A stretch of 63,653 bases of DNA, filler included. It is 6 parts of 6 records of this genome, joined end to end, with 100 filler letters (N's around TTAATTAATTAA, not from the genome) between each part and the next. Parts side by side here need not be neighbours in the genome. Positions count along the whole stretch, not along the records: positions 27,955 to 46,993 come from SRR31147125_13470; positions 47,094 to 57,709 come from SRR31147125_13474; 4 more parts are not named here. One strand, written 5' to 3'. A model generated the notes under the pieces. That model was not told where the DNA came from, did not search any database, and was given only the letters and a program-made list of their open reading frames with translations. This document shows positions 42,407 through 53,580 of this stretch, piece by piece. The translations under genes were made by a program, and so were the position numbers. Numbering within the stretch: position 1 is the first letter of the stretch; every line of letters starts with the position of its first letter.

Positions 42407-44799
42407 ATGGAAAATGTGAGCGGAATTTTGGGTGGAAAAGGATTTTTCAAAAGGGGATTTTTTCAAAGATTAAATCTTAAAACTAAGATATTAATCTCCA
42501 TATTGAGTTTAAATATCCTCCTTTTTTCACTATTCTTTTGGGTTAGTCTACATCATTCTAAAAAAATGCTGTTTGAACAAACAAAAAACAGAGCAATTGA
42601 CAGAGTTATAAGTAGTGCCAACGACATTGAGGGATTTTTAAAAGAAAAAGCAAAGGCAGCATGGACAATGTGCCAGGATCCACTTTTACAGGAATGGCTG
42701 ATAAACAATTCAACCAGAGGTATGGATCATAGTGAGGATGGCACATACAACCAGATCATTCATTATTTCAATTCCATTGTTGATGGCGATGAGGAAATTA
42801 ATTCTGTATTTGTTGCCAGTGAGCAAACTCAGGAATATTATGATCATGCTGAGCGATATCCAGGACCGGATTATTATGTAGGACAAAGACCATGGTACAA
42901 ACAGACCGTTCAGGCAGGAAAACCCGTTTTCAGTGTGAGTACGGACCTTTTAGATAAAAAGATTTATGTGTCTTACCAGGTACCCATTTACACCGAGCAA
43001 AATAAATTTTTAGGAATTGGTGGTATAGATATATCCTTTAATACCTTAAAATCCTTTATTCAAAATTCAAAACTTTTTGAAAAAAACGAAAGTTTTTGGT
43101 AGGAAAAGATGGTACTTTATTATTCCATCAAAATGAAGACTGGGTTCTGAAAAAGAATATACAGGATTTATACGCTGTAACTTCAAAATTATTTTCAACT
43201 AGTAATACGAGTGGTAGTAACCGGAATATGGCAGGTGGCGTTGAAGAAGTGTTTTATAATGATGAAAGCTATTATTTTATCTATACGCCCATAGATATTC
43301 TTCATGCCACATTAATCTCAGCTATTCCTTTTAGTGAGATAAATAAACCGCTTAAATCATTGGGAAATTCATTTGTTGTGATACTTTTTGTTTCTCTAGG
43401 TTTATTAATTCTCATTATCCCTATTTTAACAAAATCGATAATTGAGCCTATTAATAAATTAGCAAAAATTAGTAGCAAAATAGCAAATGGAGACATCTCT
43501 CAAAGCTTATCATTGGATAGAAAAGATGAAATAGGTATACTGGCAGCTTCTTTTCAAAATCTTATCGACTATATGAAAGGTATAGCTGATGCCTTTCATG
43601 GATTAAGTAAATCTGATAATAAACAGCTCATTAAACCTCGTTCGGAGAAAGATGAGCTTTCTATGGAATTTATCAAAATTAATCATTCTATTCACAGCAT
43701 GATGGATGAAATAAATAATCTCATCAATGCTGGTCAAAAAGGTGAATTGTCTGAGCGAGGGAATCCGGAAGCCTTTGCAGGCACCTATCGCACACTTGTC
43801 ATGGGTATTAACCAACTACTCGATGGCATTATTTGTCCTTTGAAAGAAGCTTCTGAGGTACTTGATAGAATTGCGTCTCGCGATTTAACATCCAGAATGA
43901 CGTCCGACTATGAAGGAGATTTCCTGGCACTCAAGCGTTCTCTAAATACGGCTATGGCTAATCTTAATACTGGATTATGCCAGGTTGAGGCTGGAGCTAA
44001 AAGAATCAATGTTGCTGTTCTGGAAGTTCAGAAGACAGGCAAAACAGTTTTGAACAGTGCTAATGAACAGCAAAACTCTGTTGTGAAAATTTCCAGTCAT
44101 TTAGATAAAATGGAATCTGTAACAGTTCAAAATTGTGAGAATGCAGATAGAGCCAAAAAATCAACCAATTTTGCGAGACAAAGTATTGGATGTGGTAGAG
44201 ACAGCATAAAACTGTTGTCCGAAGCTATATTGAAAATAAAATCATCATCGGATGAAACTTTTCAAATTATCAAGACTATTGATGAAATCGCCACTCAAAC
44301 CAACCTTTTAGCTTTAAACGCAGCAGTTGAAGCAGCCAGAGCCGGTGAGGCTGGTAAAGGATTTGCGATTGTCGCAGAAGAGGTCAGAAATTTGGCACTA
44401 AAAAGTGCCGTAGCTGCCAAAGAAACCGGACGTATTATCGAAGAATCAATGAATAATTCAAAAGAGGGAGTAACGTTTTACCAGCAGGTATTGGCAAATT
44501 TTACAACGATTAATAATCATGTTAAGGAAATAGATGATGCAATGGATGATACGATCTTGTCATCTGAAGAGCAAATTACCAGCATTCAACAAGTAAATAT
44601 AGCTGTAAAACATGTATTCAAGGTTACCAGACAAAATGTTCAACAGTTTGAGAATTCAGTGAAAATAATTAATAAACTAACAAAAGAAACAAATGAAATG
44701 CTTAAAATGGTCGGAGGATTCAAACTGGATAGAAATTTACAGTTCAATAGCAATAGCAGGGAAGAAAATAAAATAAACTATGCATCTTTTACTGGATAG
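42407..44799 (+). CDS. Methyl-accepting chemotaxis protein with dCache sensor (frameshift ~43081-43098)
   Basis: TM, dCache (RPWYK, D..D), HAMP domains, [26 protein letters not shown]. Confidence 0.92.
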
Positions 44800-44907
44800 T
44801 TGAACTATCCGGTAAATACTGTTTATAAAGTGAGCATCGCAAACAACATACGCAACATAAACTCAACGATAGTAATTTGAATCACAGCTTAGGGAAGGAG
44901 ACTCGAT

Positions 44908-45444
44908 ATGAAACGGATAATGGGTATTATGCTTGTCATTTTCATGATGATTGGTGTGGTGGAAGGAGTAAAAGCGGGTGATATTAATGCATTACAACTT
45001 TATTATCTTGTTAATCAGACATTTCCGGAAGCTCAGAATGTGTCTGTGTTAATTTCAAAGAATGAGCTGCCTGATGAGATCAATAAGATCAAAATAGCAT
45101 CAAAACAAAGTAATATAAAAACAGAAATTTATCAGGTCGACAATTCTGTAGATATAGGCCAATCAATAAAAAAAATTGCGGAAAAATCCATTTTAATCAT
45201 TTTTGAATCGGCCTTGTTAAACCAAAATAAGAATAAACTTTATGTTCTGTCGAAATGCAAAGAAAAGCAAATTAGCATAGTGACTTCCTCTAAAGATCTC
45301 ATCGAATCGGGAGCCCTGATTGGATGTTTTAACGCTGGCGGTGAATTAAATATTATTTTAAACCTCAAGCATTATGAATATTTAAAATCCAAATTCAGCG
45401 ATGATTTAATTCAGCAAGTAGGGATTAATCGGGTCATTTCCTAA
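44908..45444 (+). CDS. Periplasmic YfiR/ABC-substrate-binding-like protein
   Basis: Signal peptide; C-terminal ESGALIG...GELNIILNL......FSDDLI resembles YfiR (DUF4154) C-termini. Confidence 0.5.
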   Translation: MKRIMGIMLVIFMMIGVVEGVKAGDINALQLYYLVNQTFPEAQNVSVLISKNELPDEINKIKIASKQSNIKTEIYQVDNSVDIGQSIKKIAEKSILIIFESALLNQNKNKLYVLSKCKEKQISIVTSSKDLIESGALIGCFNAGGELNIILNLKHYEYLKSKFSDDLIQQVGINRVIS

Positions 45445-45525
45445 AGTGATAAATTTTAAATTAGTAAAGGTGAGCATTGTCAGCCTTTATTGTGAGGTTC
45501 CAATATGTCAATGCAGGAGCATTAA

Positions 45526-46993
45526 ATGAATTTTAAATTTAAAAGTTTACGCAGAAAAATGTTGATGTCGTTTATCGTAACAATTGTTTTTGTCATGATT
45601 GCGATAATTTTTATTAATACAAATATAACCCGTCGCACTCTAGATACTAATTTGAACTCTTCTCTTGAAATGATAAGTAATATAGCGGCTTCAGCTGTGC
45701 GAACCGGCCTGGAATTTGAAGATGAAGAGACTGTATCGGATGCCATTAAGGCTTTTACGACGCAGACTGGTATTTCATATATCAGGGTCAATGACCAGAA
45801 AGGAAAGGCTTATTTTCATTACCGCAAAGAAGGTCTGAATATAGTGGATGCAAATTCAAATGATCTTTTGGGTAAAATTGGTGATGAATTATTTTATCAT
45901 GTACCTGTAATTTCAGATAATAAAGAAATAGGATCGATTACAATCGGTATGAGTTTGGAAGGTCGAAATCGAACACTTGCCTCTGCAACTCTGTCGACGA
46001 TTATTCTATCTCTGGTGATGATTGCATTATTTGTGATTGTGACTATTTTCATTGCGAATTTAATAACTCAACCAATACGAAAGATCACACATATTGCTAA
46101 TGAACTGGCACAAGGAAAAATTAACCAGGAAATTACAGTTCATAGTCAGGACGAAATAGGTGATCTGGCAAAAAGTTTTCGGGATATTATAAAAGCGCAA
46201 AATGAAAAAGCCAACGCGGCTTTGGAAATTGCTCATGGTAAGCTGGATGTAGAGATCACTGTTGCTTCAAGTGAAGATGTTCTGGGTGATGCCATGAAAA
46301 CAATGAAAAAGAGCATAAATGCCCTTGTCTCTGATGCCAACACACTGGCGAATGCGGCAGTGGCTGGACAACTTGGTGTTCGTGCTGACATTACAAATCA
46401 TGGTGGCGATTTTGGAAAAATTATCCATGGAGTTAATGCTACGCTGGATGCTCTGATTGGTCCCATCAATGATACGGCTGCTGTTTTATCAAAGATGGCT
46501 GACCGGGACTTAAAGGTGAGGGTTGAAGGGGAATATCATGGAGATCATGCAAAAATAATTAAAGCTTTGAACCTGGCTGTTCAACAACTTGATGAAGGAC
46601 TGCAACGGGTCTCTATAGCTGCTGAACAGGTGGCAACCGCTTCAAAACAAATTAGTAGTGGAAGTCAAATTGTGGCTAGTGGGGCAGCTGAACAGGCTAG
46701 TTCTCTTGAGGAAATATCCAGCAGTTTACAGGAAATGTCAGCCATTACATCTCAAAATACGGCCAATGCAAAAGAAGCACAATCCCTGGCAGATGTCGCT
46801 CGTTCAAGTACAGCAAAAGGTATGGAGAGCATGGATAACTTGTCTCAGGCGATAATTAAAATAAAATCATCTTCTGATGCAACAGGCAAAATTGTTAAAA
46901 CAATCGATGAGATTGCATTTCAGACAAACTTACTTGCTTTAAATGCTGCCGTGGAAGCAGCCCGAGCAGGTGAAGCCGGAAAAGGTTTTGCTG
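45526..46993 (+). CDS. Methyl-accepting chemotaxis protein, CHASE8-like sensor, 3' truncated
   Basis: TM-periplasmic (GLEFEDEETV)-TM, multiple HAMP domains, [20 protein letters not shown]. Confidence 0.92.
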
Positions 46994-47093
46994 NNNNNNN
47001 NNNNNNNNNNNNNNNNNNNNNNNNNNNNNNNNNNNNNTTAATTAATTAANNNNNNNNNNNNNNNNNNNNNNNNNNNNNNNNNNNNNNNNNNNN
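46994..47093. other. Artificial contig linker 4
   Basis: Same 100-nt spacer. Confidence 0.99.
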
Positions 47094-47094
47094 T

Positions 47095-47268
47095 GGATTT
47101 GCTTCAAGAGAATTTAGAGATACAGAAACAGCAAATACAACAGGTGTTGTTGCAACTGATGCAATTGTTGCAATCGTTAATTTAGATAACCCTTATACAA
47201 ACATGACAGCTTCAGCATTAAAGAGAATTTATAGTGGTGAAGTAGATGCATGGTCAGATTTTTCATAA
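47095..47268 (+). CDS. pstS: Phosphate-binding protein PstS, C-terminal fragment
   Basis: Manual translation GFASREF...VATDAIVAIVN..NP...LKRIYSGEV..WSDF*. Confidence 0.85.
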   Translation, partial: GFASREFRDTETANTTGVVATDAIVAIVNLDNPYTNMTASALKRIYSGEVDAWSDFS

Positions 47269-47289
47269 TAAGAATTTACTTAAAGCAAT

Positions 47290-47332
47290 AAAAGTAAATT
47301 ACACCAGTCTAAGTGATTGGTGTTTTACTTTT
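47290..47332 (+). terminator. Stem-loop between pstS and pstC (partial terminator or mRNA stabiliser)
   Basis: AAAAGTAAA..ACACCAGTC / GATTGGTGT.TTTACTTTT inverted repeat. Confidence 0.65.
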
Positions 47333-47349
47333 GAATAAGGAGGAACAAT

Positions 47350-48333
47350 ATGCAATCAGTTAAATCGTATGTGACAAAAGAAAGCATACGTAAAAAAAAT
47401 CGTACTGATGCTATCTTTAGAAATATTTTTAGGACAGCAAGTATTTTATCAGCATCATTTGTGATTATTGTCATTATTGTGATTGCCGTTAGAGGTATGA
47501 CACCTTTTGTGTCATCATATACGGGATATCACACAACAACAGGAGAAATATTATTAGATCCTGTCAATCCTTTTAGATTTATTACAAAAATGGAATGGTT
47601 ATCAGGTGCAGTTGGTGCAACCAGTGACTATGGTGTGGGTTTTGCGATTATTAATACAATCATCGCAGTCCTTTTATCATTAGTGATAACAATTCCAGTT
47701 GCAGTGTTAACTGCACTACTTATTGCAAAAGTCGCACCAAAGAAAATTTCAGCTTTTTTATCAACAGTTGTAGAATTGCTTGCATCGATTCCATCAATTA
47801 TTTATGGTGTTATCGGACTTGGTGTGATCACAAACATTGTCAGTTGGATTGGTGGACTCTTCAATTATCAAACAGCTGCAGGATTATCTTTATTATCAAC
47901 AGTGCTTGTGTTATTTATGATGACACTTCCAACAATCACTGCAGTTGCTGAAACGTCTATTAGAGCGGTTAAAAAAGACATTATTGAAGGCTCACTTGCT
48001 TTATCCGCAACTCCGATGCAAACATATTTTAAAGTCGTTTTAATAAGTGCAAAAAGTGGTATATTTGCAGGTGTTATCCTAGGTGTAGGTCGTGCGCTAG
48101 GTGAAGCGACTGCGGTATCTATGGTATCTGGTAACTCATTTAGCGGTATTACGTTAAATCCGTTAGCGACAACATCAACCTTAACTTCTAGAATGCTATT
48201 AGGGATTAAAGAAACATCTGGAATCGATTATGATATTAGATTTTCTGTTGGTCTTGTTTTAATGGTTGTTATCTTAGTGACCAATGTTTTACTGAAACTA
48301 GTGATGAAGAAAGTAGGTAATCTTGATGAATAA
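47350..48333 (+). CDS. pstC: Phosphate ABC permease PstC
   Basis: ELLASIPSIIYG, GRALGEATAV. Confidence 0.95.
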   Translation: MQSVKSYVTKESIRKKNRTDAIFRNIFRTASILSASFVIIVIIVIAVRGMTPFVSSYTGYHTTTGEILLDPVNPFRFITKMEWLSGAVGATSDYGVGFAIINTIIAVLLSLVITIPVAVLTALLIAKVAPKKISAFLSTVVELLASIPSIIYGVIGLGVITNIVSWIGGLFNYQTAAGLSLLSTVLVLFMMTLPTITAVAETSIRAVKKDIIEGSLALSATPMQTYFKVVLISAKSGIFAGVILGVGRALGEATAVSMVSGNSFSGITLNPLATTSTLTSRMLLGIKETSGIDYDIRFSVGLVLMVVILVTNVLLKLVMKKVGNLDE

Positions 48334-49552
48334 TTCTAAATCACTTAAAAAACGTTATGATATCATTGCAAAAACAGCGATTTATAGTTTAGGGTTTGTA
48401 GGCGTTGTGATTCTTGCGATGGTTGTATTCTATGTCTTTTCTACAGGGTCATCACTTGTGAGTTGGGATATGATTACAGGAGATTCACAAGATATTAACA
48501 CCAATGTTTACTTAGAAGTAACACCTTCAAGTTATCCACTAGAATCTAGTATTTCAGATGATATATATTACTCAGAATCTTGGGGTATTGGTTTTATTGA
48601 TGAAACAGATCGTGAAGGACATGCCATCGTTGAAATTGGATATATTCATCCAGATAGTCCATTTTTAGCATCTCTTGATAAAAATAATATTGATGAAAAC
48701 GGGGATCCTGTTATTATTACATTAAACGAAAACACATCTGTACAAACTGCTATTTTTAACAATTTTCAGTTATTTGCTTTTTATAGTGATGGTGCTGAAT
48801 CAATGAGAGATAACTTTGAACTTGCTACTCAAATTGACGATTTAACAGTACAAATTACAGGTGGGGGTATTAGAGGATCAGTCATTACGACATTATGGAT
48901 GATTGTGATTACATTGATACTGGCGATTCCAGTAGGTGTCGCAACTGCCATATACTTTAATGAGTTTTCTAAAAAATCAAAATTTACAAACATTATTCGA
49001 TCACTTGTTGATATGCTCACAGGTGTACCCTCAATTATTTATGGTTTACTTGGGGCTGCTGTATTTATTCCTCTACTAAATAATACAGGACTCACAGCTG
49101 GAGGTTCTATTTTAAGTGGTGCATTAACAATGGCAGTTATCTTACTACCGACGATTATTAAAAGTACAGAAGAAGCACTAAAAATTATACCAGATGACTT
49201 AAGAAGAGGTTCACTTGCACTTGGTGCAAACCAAACACAAACGATATTCAAAGTTGTATTGCCTAATGCTACACCTGGTATATTAACTGGTGTTTTACTT
49301 GGTATTGGTAGAATCATGGGTGAGTCTGCAGCATTAATATTTGCAGTTGGCGCTGTGACAAAAGATACAGTTACACTTACAGAAAGATCATCCACACTTG
49401 CTGTACACATTTGGGTTATTATGGGTGGAGAAGCACCAAACTTTGAATTAGCATCAGCGATTGCGATTATTATGCTAATAGTTGTCTTTATCATTAATTT
49501 AGGTGTAAAGATATTTGCAAAACGTCTACAGAAAAATATGAATTGGAGTTAA
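48323..49552 (+). CDS. pstA: Phosphate ABC permease PstA with a large extracytoplasmic insertion
   Basis: [30 protein letters not shown]. Confidence 0.95.
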   Translation: MMNNSKSLKKRYDIIAKTAIYSLGFVGVVILAMVVFYVFSTGSSLVSWDMITGDSQDINTNVYLEVTPSSYPLESSISDDIYYSESWGIGFIDETDREGHAIVEIGYIHPDSPFLASLDKNNIDENGDPVIITLNENTSVQTAIFNNFQLFAFYSDGAESMRDNFELATQIDDLTVQITGGGIRGSVITTLWMIVITLILAIPVGVATAIYFNEFSKKSKFTNIIRSLVDMLTGVPSIIYGLLGAAVFIPLLNNTGLTAGGSILSGALTMAVILLPTIIKSTEEALKIIPDDLRRGSLALGANQTQTIFKVVLPNATPGILTGVLLGIGRIMGESAALIFAVGAVTKDTVTLTERSSTLAVHIWVIMGGEAPNFELASAIAIIMLIVVFIINLGVKIFAKRLQKNMNWS

Positions 49553-49556
49553 AAAA

Positions 49557-50333
49557 ATGGAAAATAATACAAAAGAAATGAAGCCGGTTTTCCAATTAAA
49601 AAATATAGATTTATTTTATGGAGAATTTCAAGCGATAAAAGATATTACTATGGATATAAATTATCATGAAGTCACAGCATTCATCGGACCATCTGGGTGT
49701 GGTAAATCAACATTCTTACGTATATTAAATCGAATGAATGATTTAATTGACATATGTAAGATAACAGGTGATATTATCTATGAAGGTCAAGATGTTTATG
49801 CCAAAGAATTTGATGTGATTGATCTTCGCTCTAAAGTGGGTATGGTTTTTCAAAAACCAAATCCATTTCCAATGAGTATCTATGATAATATTGCATATGG
49901 TCCTAAATGCCAAGGCATTAAAAATAAAAAAGTATTAGATGAAATTGTTGAATCATCACTGAAAAAAGCAGCTTTATGGGATGAAGTTTCAGATCGTCTT
50001 AATAACTCAGCAATGGGACTATCAGGAGGACAACAACAAAGATTATGCATTGCAAGAACGATTGCTATGGAACCTGATGTCATCTTAATGGATGAACCAA
50101 CATCAGCACTTGATCCGATAGCAACTACAAAAATTGAAGAACTTATTGTAGAATTAAAGAAAGAGTATACCATTGTGATTGTGACGCATAACATGCAACA
50201 AGCTGCACGTATATCAGATAAGACTGCGTTCTTCTTATTAGGAGAGCTCATTGAATTTGATGAAACAGCAAAAATGTTTTCTACACCGACTCACCAAAAG
50301 ACAGAAGCATATATTACAGGTAGATTTGGATAA
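49557..50333 (+). CDS. pstB: Phosphate ABC ATPase PstB
   Basis: [37 protein letters not shown]. Confidence 0.98.
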   Translation: MENNTKEMKPVFQLKNIDLFYGEFQAIKDITMDINYHEVTAFIGPSGCGKSTFLRILNRMNDLIDICKITGDIIYEGQDVYAKEFDVIDLRSKVGMVFQKPNPFPMSIYDNIAYGPKCQGIKNKKVLDEIVESSLKKAALWDEVSDRLNNSAMGLSGGQQQRLCIARTIAMEPDVILMDEPTSALDPIATTKIEELIVELKKEYTIVIVTHNMQQAARISDKTAFFLLGELIEFDETAKMFSTPTHQKTEAYITGRFG

Positions 50334-50355
50334 TATAGAAAGAGAGTATGAATAA

Positions 50356-51012
50356 ATGAGACAAACATTAGAAGAATCAATTCAAATATTAAAAAAAGAT
50401 GTTGCTGATATGGCAGATCATGCATTAAATAATTTAAAAGATGGATTAAAAGCATTTAAAACAGAAGATTTCAATCTTGCAAAAGAAGTTATTAAAAGAG
50501 ACGATATCATCGATTCTTATGAAGAAGATATTGCAAAACAAGCTTTAAAAATCATTTGGAAAGAACAACCACTAGCAAGTGACTTAAGACTTGTCACAGG
50601 TATTTTAAAACTCATTACTGATTTAGAACGTATCGGAGATCATGCCACAGATGTAGCAGAAATGACACTTCATTTAGAACCACAAAGAAACTTGCGTGTA
50701 CTACCGATTACTGAACAAATGGCAGAAGATGTCGAAATGATGGTTTTAGAAAGTATTAAAGCGCTCGTTAACATCAACGTTGTCAAAGCTAAAGAAGTGA
50801 TTGAAAAAGATAAAGATGTCAATAAACTCTTTAAAAAACTTATCAATAAAATGACAAGTGAACTTAAAAATGATAAAATTGATGCAAATGAAGCGATTTA
50901 TGTTTTAATGGTTGCAAAATATTTCGAACGTGTTGGAGACCATGCATGTAACATTGCTGAATGGATTATATTTATGGATCAAGGGACGCATAAAGACACA
51001 CCATTATTTTAG
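50356..51012 (+). CDS. phoU: Phosphate signalling protein PhoU
   Basis: QPLASDLR, DLERIGDH, FERVGDH..NIAE. Confidence 0.96.
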   Translation: MRQTLEESIQILKKDVADMADHALNNLKDGLKAFKTEDFNLAKEVIKRDDIIDSYEEDIAKQALKIIWKEQPLASDLRLVTGILKLITDLERIGDHATDVAEMTLHLEPQRNLRVLPITEQMAEDVEMMVLESIKALVNINVVKAKEVIEKDKDVNKLFKKLINKMTSELKNDKIDANEAIYVLMVAKYFERVGDHACNIAEWIIFMDQGTHKDTPLF

Positions 51013-51022
51013 GAGAGATATC

Positions 51023-51685
51023 ATGCCGTTAGTTTATTTTGTAGAAGATGATCACGCGATTGCAAACATCATCGATAAGACGTTAAAAAATGCTGGGATA
51101 GAAGGCCAGGGATTTCAATCTGGTGAAGCATTTTTAGACATGTTTAGAAAGCAAAGACCAGATATGATATGTTTAGATATCATGTTACCTGACTTTTCTG
51201 GACTAGATTTATTAAAACTCATCCGTAAGATGGATAAAGATGTACCTATAATGATGATTTCCGCATTACAAAGCGAAATGGATAAAGTACAAGCATTAGA
51301 CTTAGGGGCTGATGATTATATGATTAAACCATTTGGTATCTTAGAATTAACTTCTCGTATTCAAGCGAAATTAAGAAAACTATCTGATGATAAAAGATTT
51401 CAAATTAGAAATGTTTTATTGGATGATAAGAAACATGTAGTTTTAATTGATGAAGAAGAAGTGTATTTTACACAAAAAGAATATGATATTTTAAAATTAT
51501 TATTAAAAAATCATATGGAAGTTGTCACAAAAGAACAAATATTTAAATCAGTATGGGATACTGATTTTATTGGTGAAACAAGAACACTTGACATGCATAT
51601 TAAATCACTTAGAAAAAAATTAAGTGATTTCAATGCTGACATATCAATAAAAACTGTTAGAAGTGTTGGATATCACATACAATGA
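51023..51685 (+). CDS. phoP: OmpR-family response regulator (PhoP/PhoB-like)
   Basis: VEDD, LDIMLP, GADDYMIKPF, RTLDMHIKSLRKK; real start MPLVYF. Confidence 0.88.
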   Translation: MPLVYFVEDDHAIANIIDKTLKNAGIEGQGFQSGEAFLDMFRKQRPDMICLDIMLPDFSGLDLLKLIRKMDKDVPIMMISALQSEMDKVQALDLGADDYMIKPFGILELTSRIQAKLRKLSDDKRFQIRNVLLDDKKHVVLIDEEEVYFTQKEYDILKLLLKNHMEVVTKEQIFKSVWDTDFIGETRTLDMHIKSLRKKLSDFNADISIKTVRSVGYHIQ

Positions 51686-53376
51686 AAAGAGCAATTATAA
51701 GAAATAATATGATTCTATTGATTATCGCATTCATATTGTTTTTTTGTGTTGCCTTTTTTTCTGTTTATCGATACGAACGACAAAATCAAGTATCATTTAT
51801 GACATTTATTCTTAATGAAGTTGAAAATGAATATGAAAACTATGATGGTACCATCTATACATTTGTTGCACTTTATGATGAAGATGACAGAAGAATTACT
51901 ATTTTAGATGAAAACGGGATTGTACTTGTTGATTCACATGACTTAAATGTTGGTCAAGATAAAAGTCAAAGACCTGAAATATTAGATTTAGGCACTGTTT
52001 CTTCTAGAACATCAGCAACCATTGAAGTTGAACTACTCTATATTGCAACAACGCTAGATGATGGTAACATCTTAAGAGTATCCATTCCTATGTCATCACA
52101 GATCAATTTGTATTCAACGATTGCTTGGTATTTAGGTATAACAGCTCTTGTAGTGACTATCATATATTATTTTAGTTTAGAGCGTATTAATAGATACGTT
52201 TTATCGCCGCTTAAAACGATTAAACAAGGACTTGTAGCACTTAATCAGGGAAGATATCAAGTGATGCATTTAAATAGTAAATATGGCGATGTCAATGAAT
52301 TGATTCATGAGATGAACTTGATTAATTTAGAGACCTCGACTTATTTAAAACAAGTTGAAGCATACCAAAATGAATTAAGCGCCATACTGAATCAAATGAA
52401 ACAAGGTGTCATGTTATTTGATTTTGAAGGTAACATAACATTTTATAATAAAGATGCACAAAAACTATTTGACCTAGCACTAGAAGATTTAAATCAACCA
52501 TTATATCAAAAAATAAGAGATGTTGCTTTAAAAGAAGCCATTGAAAAAACAAATCTTAATCATATTGACTTAAAATTCGATTTAACCTTAAAAGATAAAA
52601 TATTAGAAGTTAAAACCATACGATTAGATGATACGAAACTATTAAAAAACCAACCAACTGTACTCGCACGATTAAAAGATGTCACCAGTGAAAGACAACT
52701 CGCACAAGTTAAACGTGACTTTTTCTCGCATGCTTCCCATGAATTAAAAAGTCCGCTTACAGCAATCAGTGGTCATGCGGAGTTAATTGAACATGGTTTT
52801 ATTAAAGAAGATCAAGAGATTATCGATGCAGCACAGATGATTCACAATCAAGCGATGCATATGAGCCTACTCGTAGAAGATATGTTGATGTTATCTAGAT
52901 TAGAGCAATTAGAATCAAAAGACTATGAAAAACATGACCTCAATCAGATTCTTCAATCAACAATTGAAATGTTAAAACCTATTGTTCAATCTAAACATAT
53001 GGTTTTAAATGTAGAATCTAAAAAAACTTTAATGATTTGTGATCCAATTGATATGCAAAAACTATTCAAAAATTTGATAGAAAATGCATGTAAATACAGT
53101 AAAGAAAACAAGACGATTAGCGTGGAACTATATCGAAAATCAAGTGATATATATTTCCATATAATTGATCAAGGTTTCGGCATTAGTTTAGAGCATCAAC
53201 AGCGCGTTTTCGAAAGATTTTATCGTGTGGATAAAGGACGTTTAGATGGTGGTACTGGACTGGGTTTAGCAATCGTGAAACATATCGTTATTAAGTATCA
53301 TGGAAAGATAGAATTAGATTCTCAAATTGGAAAAGGAACTGAAATATTAATTCGATTAAAAGATTTTAAATCGTAA
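51682..53376 (+). CDS. phoR: Sensor histidine kinase (PhoR-like)
   Basis: SHELKSPLT, NLIENACKY, FERFYRVDK, GGTGLGLAIVKH, PAS domain. Confidence 0.9.
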   Translation: MKRAIIRNNMILLIIAFILFFCVAFFSVYRYERQNQVSFMTFILNEVENEYENYDGTIYTFVALYDEDDRRITILDENGIVLVDSHDLNVGQDKSQRPEILDLGTVSSRTSATIEVELLYIATTLDDGNILRVSIPMSSQINLYSTIAWYLGITALVVTIIYYFSLERINRYVLSPLKTIKQGLVALNQGRYQVMHLNSKYGDVNELIHEMNLINLETSTYLKQVEAYQNELSAILNQMKQGVMLFDFEGNITFYNKDAQKLFDLALEDLNQPLYQKIRDVALKEAIEKTNLNHIDLKFDLTLKDKILEVKTIRLDDTKLLKNQPTVLARLKDVTSERQLAQVKRDFFSHASHELKSPLTAISGHAELIEHGFIKEDQEIIDAAQMIHNQAMHMSLLVEDMLMLSRLEQLESKDYEKHDLNQILQSTIEMLKPIVQSKHMVLNVESKKTLMICDPIDMQKLFKNLIENACKYSKENKTISVELYRKSSDIYFHIIDQGFGISLEHQQRVFERFYRVDKGRLDGGTGLGLAIVKHIVIKYHGKIELDSQIGKGTEILIRLKDFKS

Positions 53377-53394
53377 ATTTTGTTAAAAATACTA

Positions 53395-53423
53395 TTGCAT
53401 ATTTGTTAAAAATTCCTTATAAT
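53395..53423 (+). promoter_or_regulatory. Sigma-70/SigA promoter of the nrd operon
   Basis: TTGCAT-17 bp-TATAAT. Confidence 0.85.
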
Positions 53424-53429
53424 AAAATC

Positions 53430-53558
53430 ACAACAAAGATTAAACGAGAAAAGCTTCTAAGGGGATTTTAGAATATGTTTTAGTAAGGGACAACCACGTT
53501 CTTTTTTAATCATATCCAAAATCACTTTAAAGCATACTATTGTATGCTTTATTTTTTT
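53430..53558 (+). ncRNA. Candidate cis-regulatory leader RNA (attenuator/riboswitch) of the nrd operon
   Basis: ~150-nt 5' UTR with alternative stems, ending in an intrinsic terminator 22 nt before the nrdI ATG. Confidence 0.55.
53528..53558 (+). terminator. Intrinsic terminator in the nrd leader
   Basis: TAAAGCATAC-TATT-GTATGCTTTA followed by T7. Confidence 0.85.
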
Positions 53559-53580
53559 ATCATATAGAGGAGATGATGAT

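Noticed and set aside
29751-44799. Phase variation or programmed frameshifting in flhA, flhG, fliA, cheW and mcp
   Set aside because: The same indel type hits essential plsY and unrelated contigs, so sequencing error is the simpler explanation.
35709-46993. Chemotaxis system lacking CheB/CheD
   Set aside because: The contig is truncated, so these genes may lie downstream or elsewhere.
53482-53498. T-box riboswitch (AGTAAGGGACAACCACG resembles AAnnAGGGTGGnACCrCG)
   Set aside because: It lacks the essential UGGN bulge, the complementary CGTCCC strand and a stem I of adequate length.
53430-53558. Cobalamin, purine/2'-dG or yybP-ykoY riboswitch, or NrdR box
   Set aside because: Their conserved cores were not recognisable by eye. 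Kept as an orphan candidate pending an Rfam scan.
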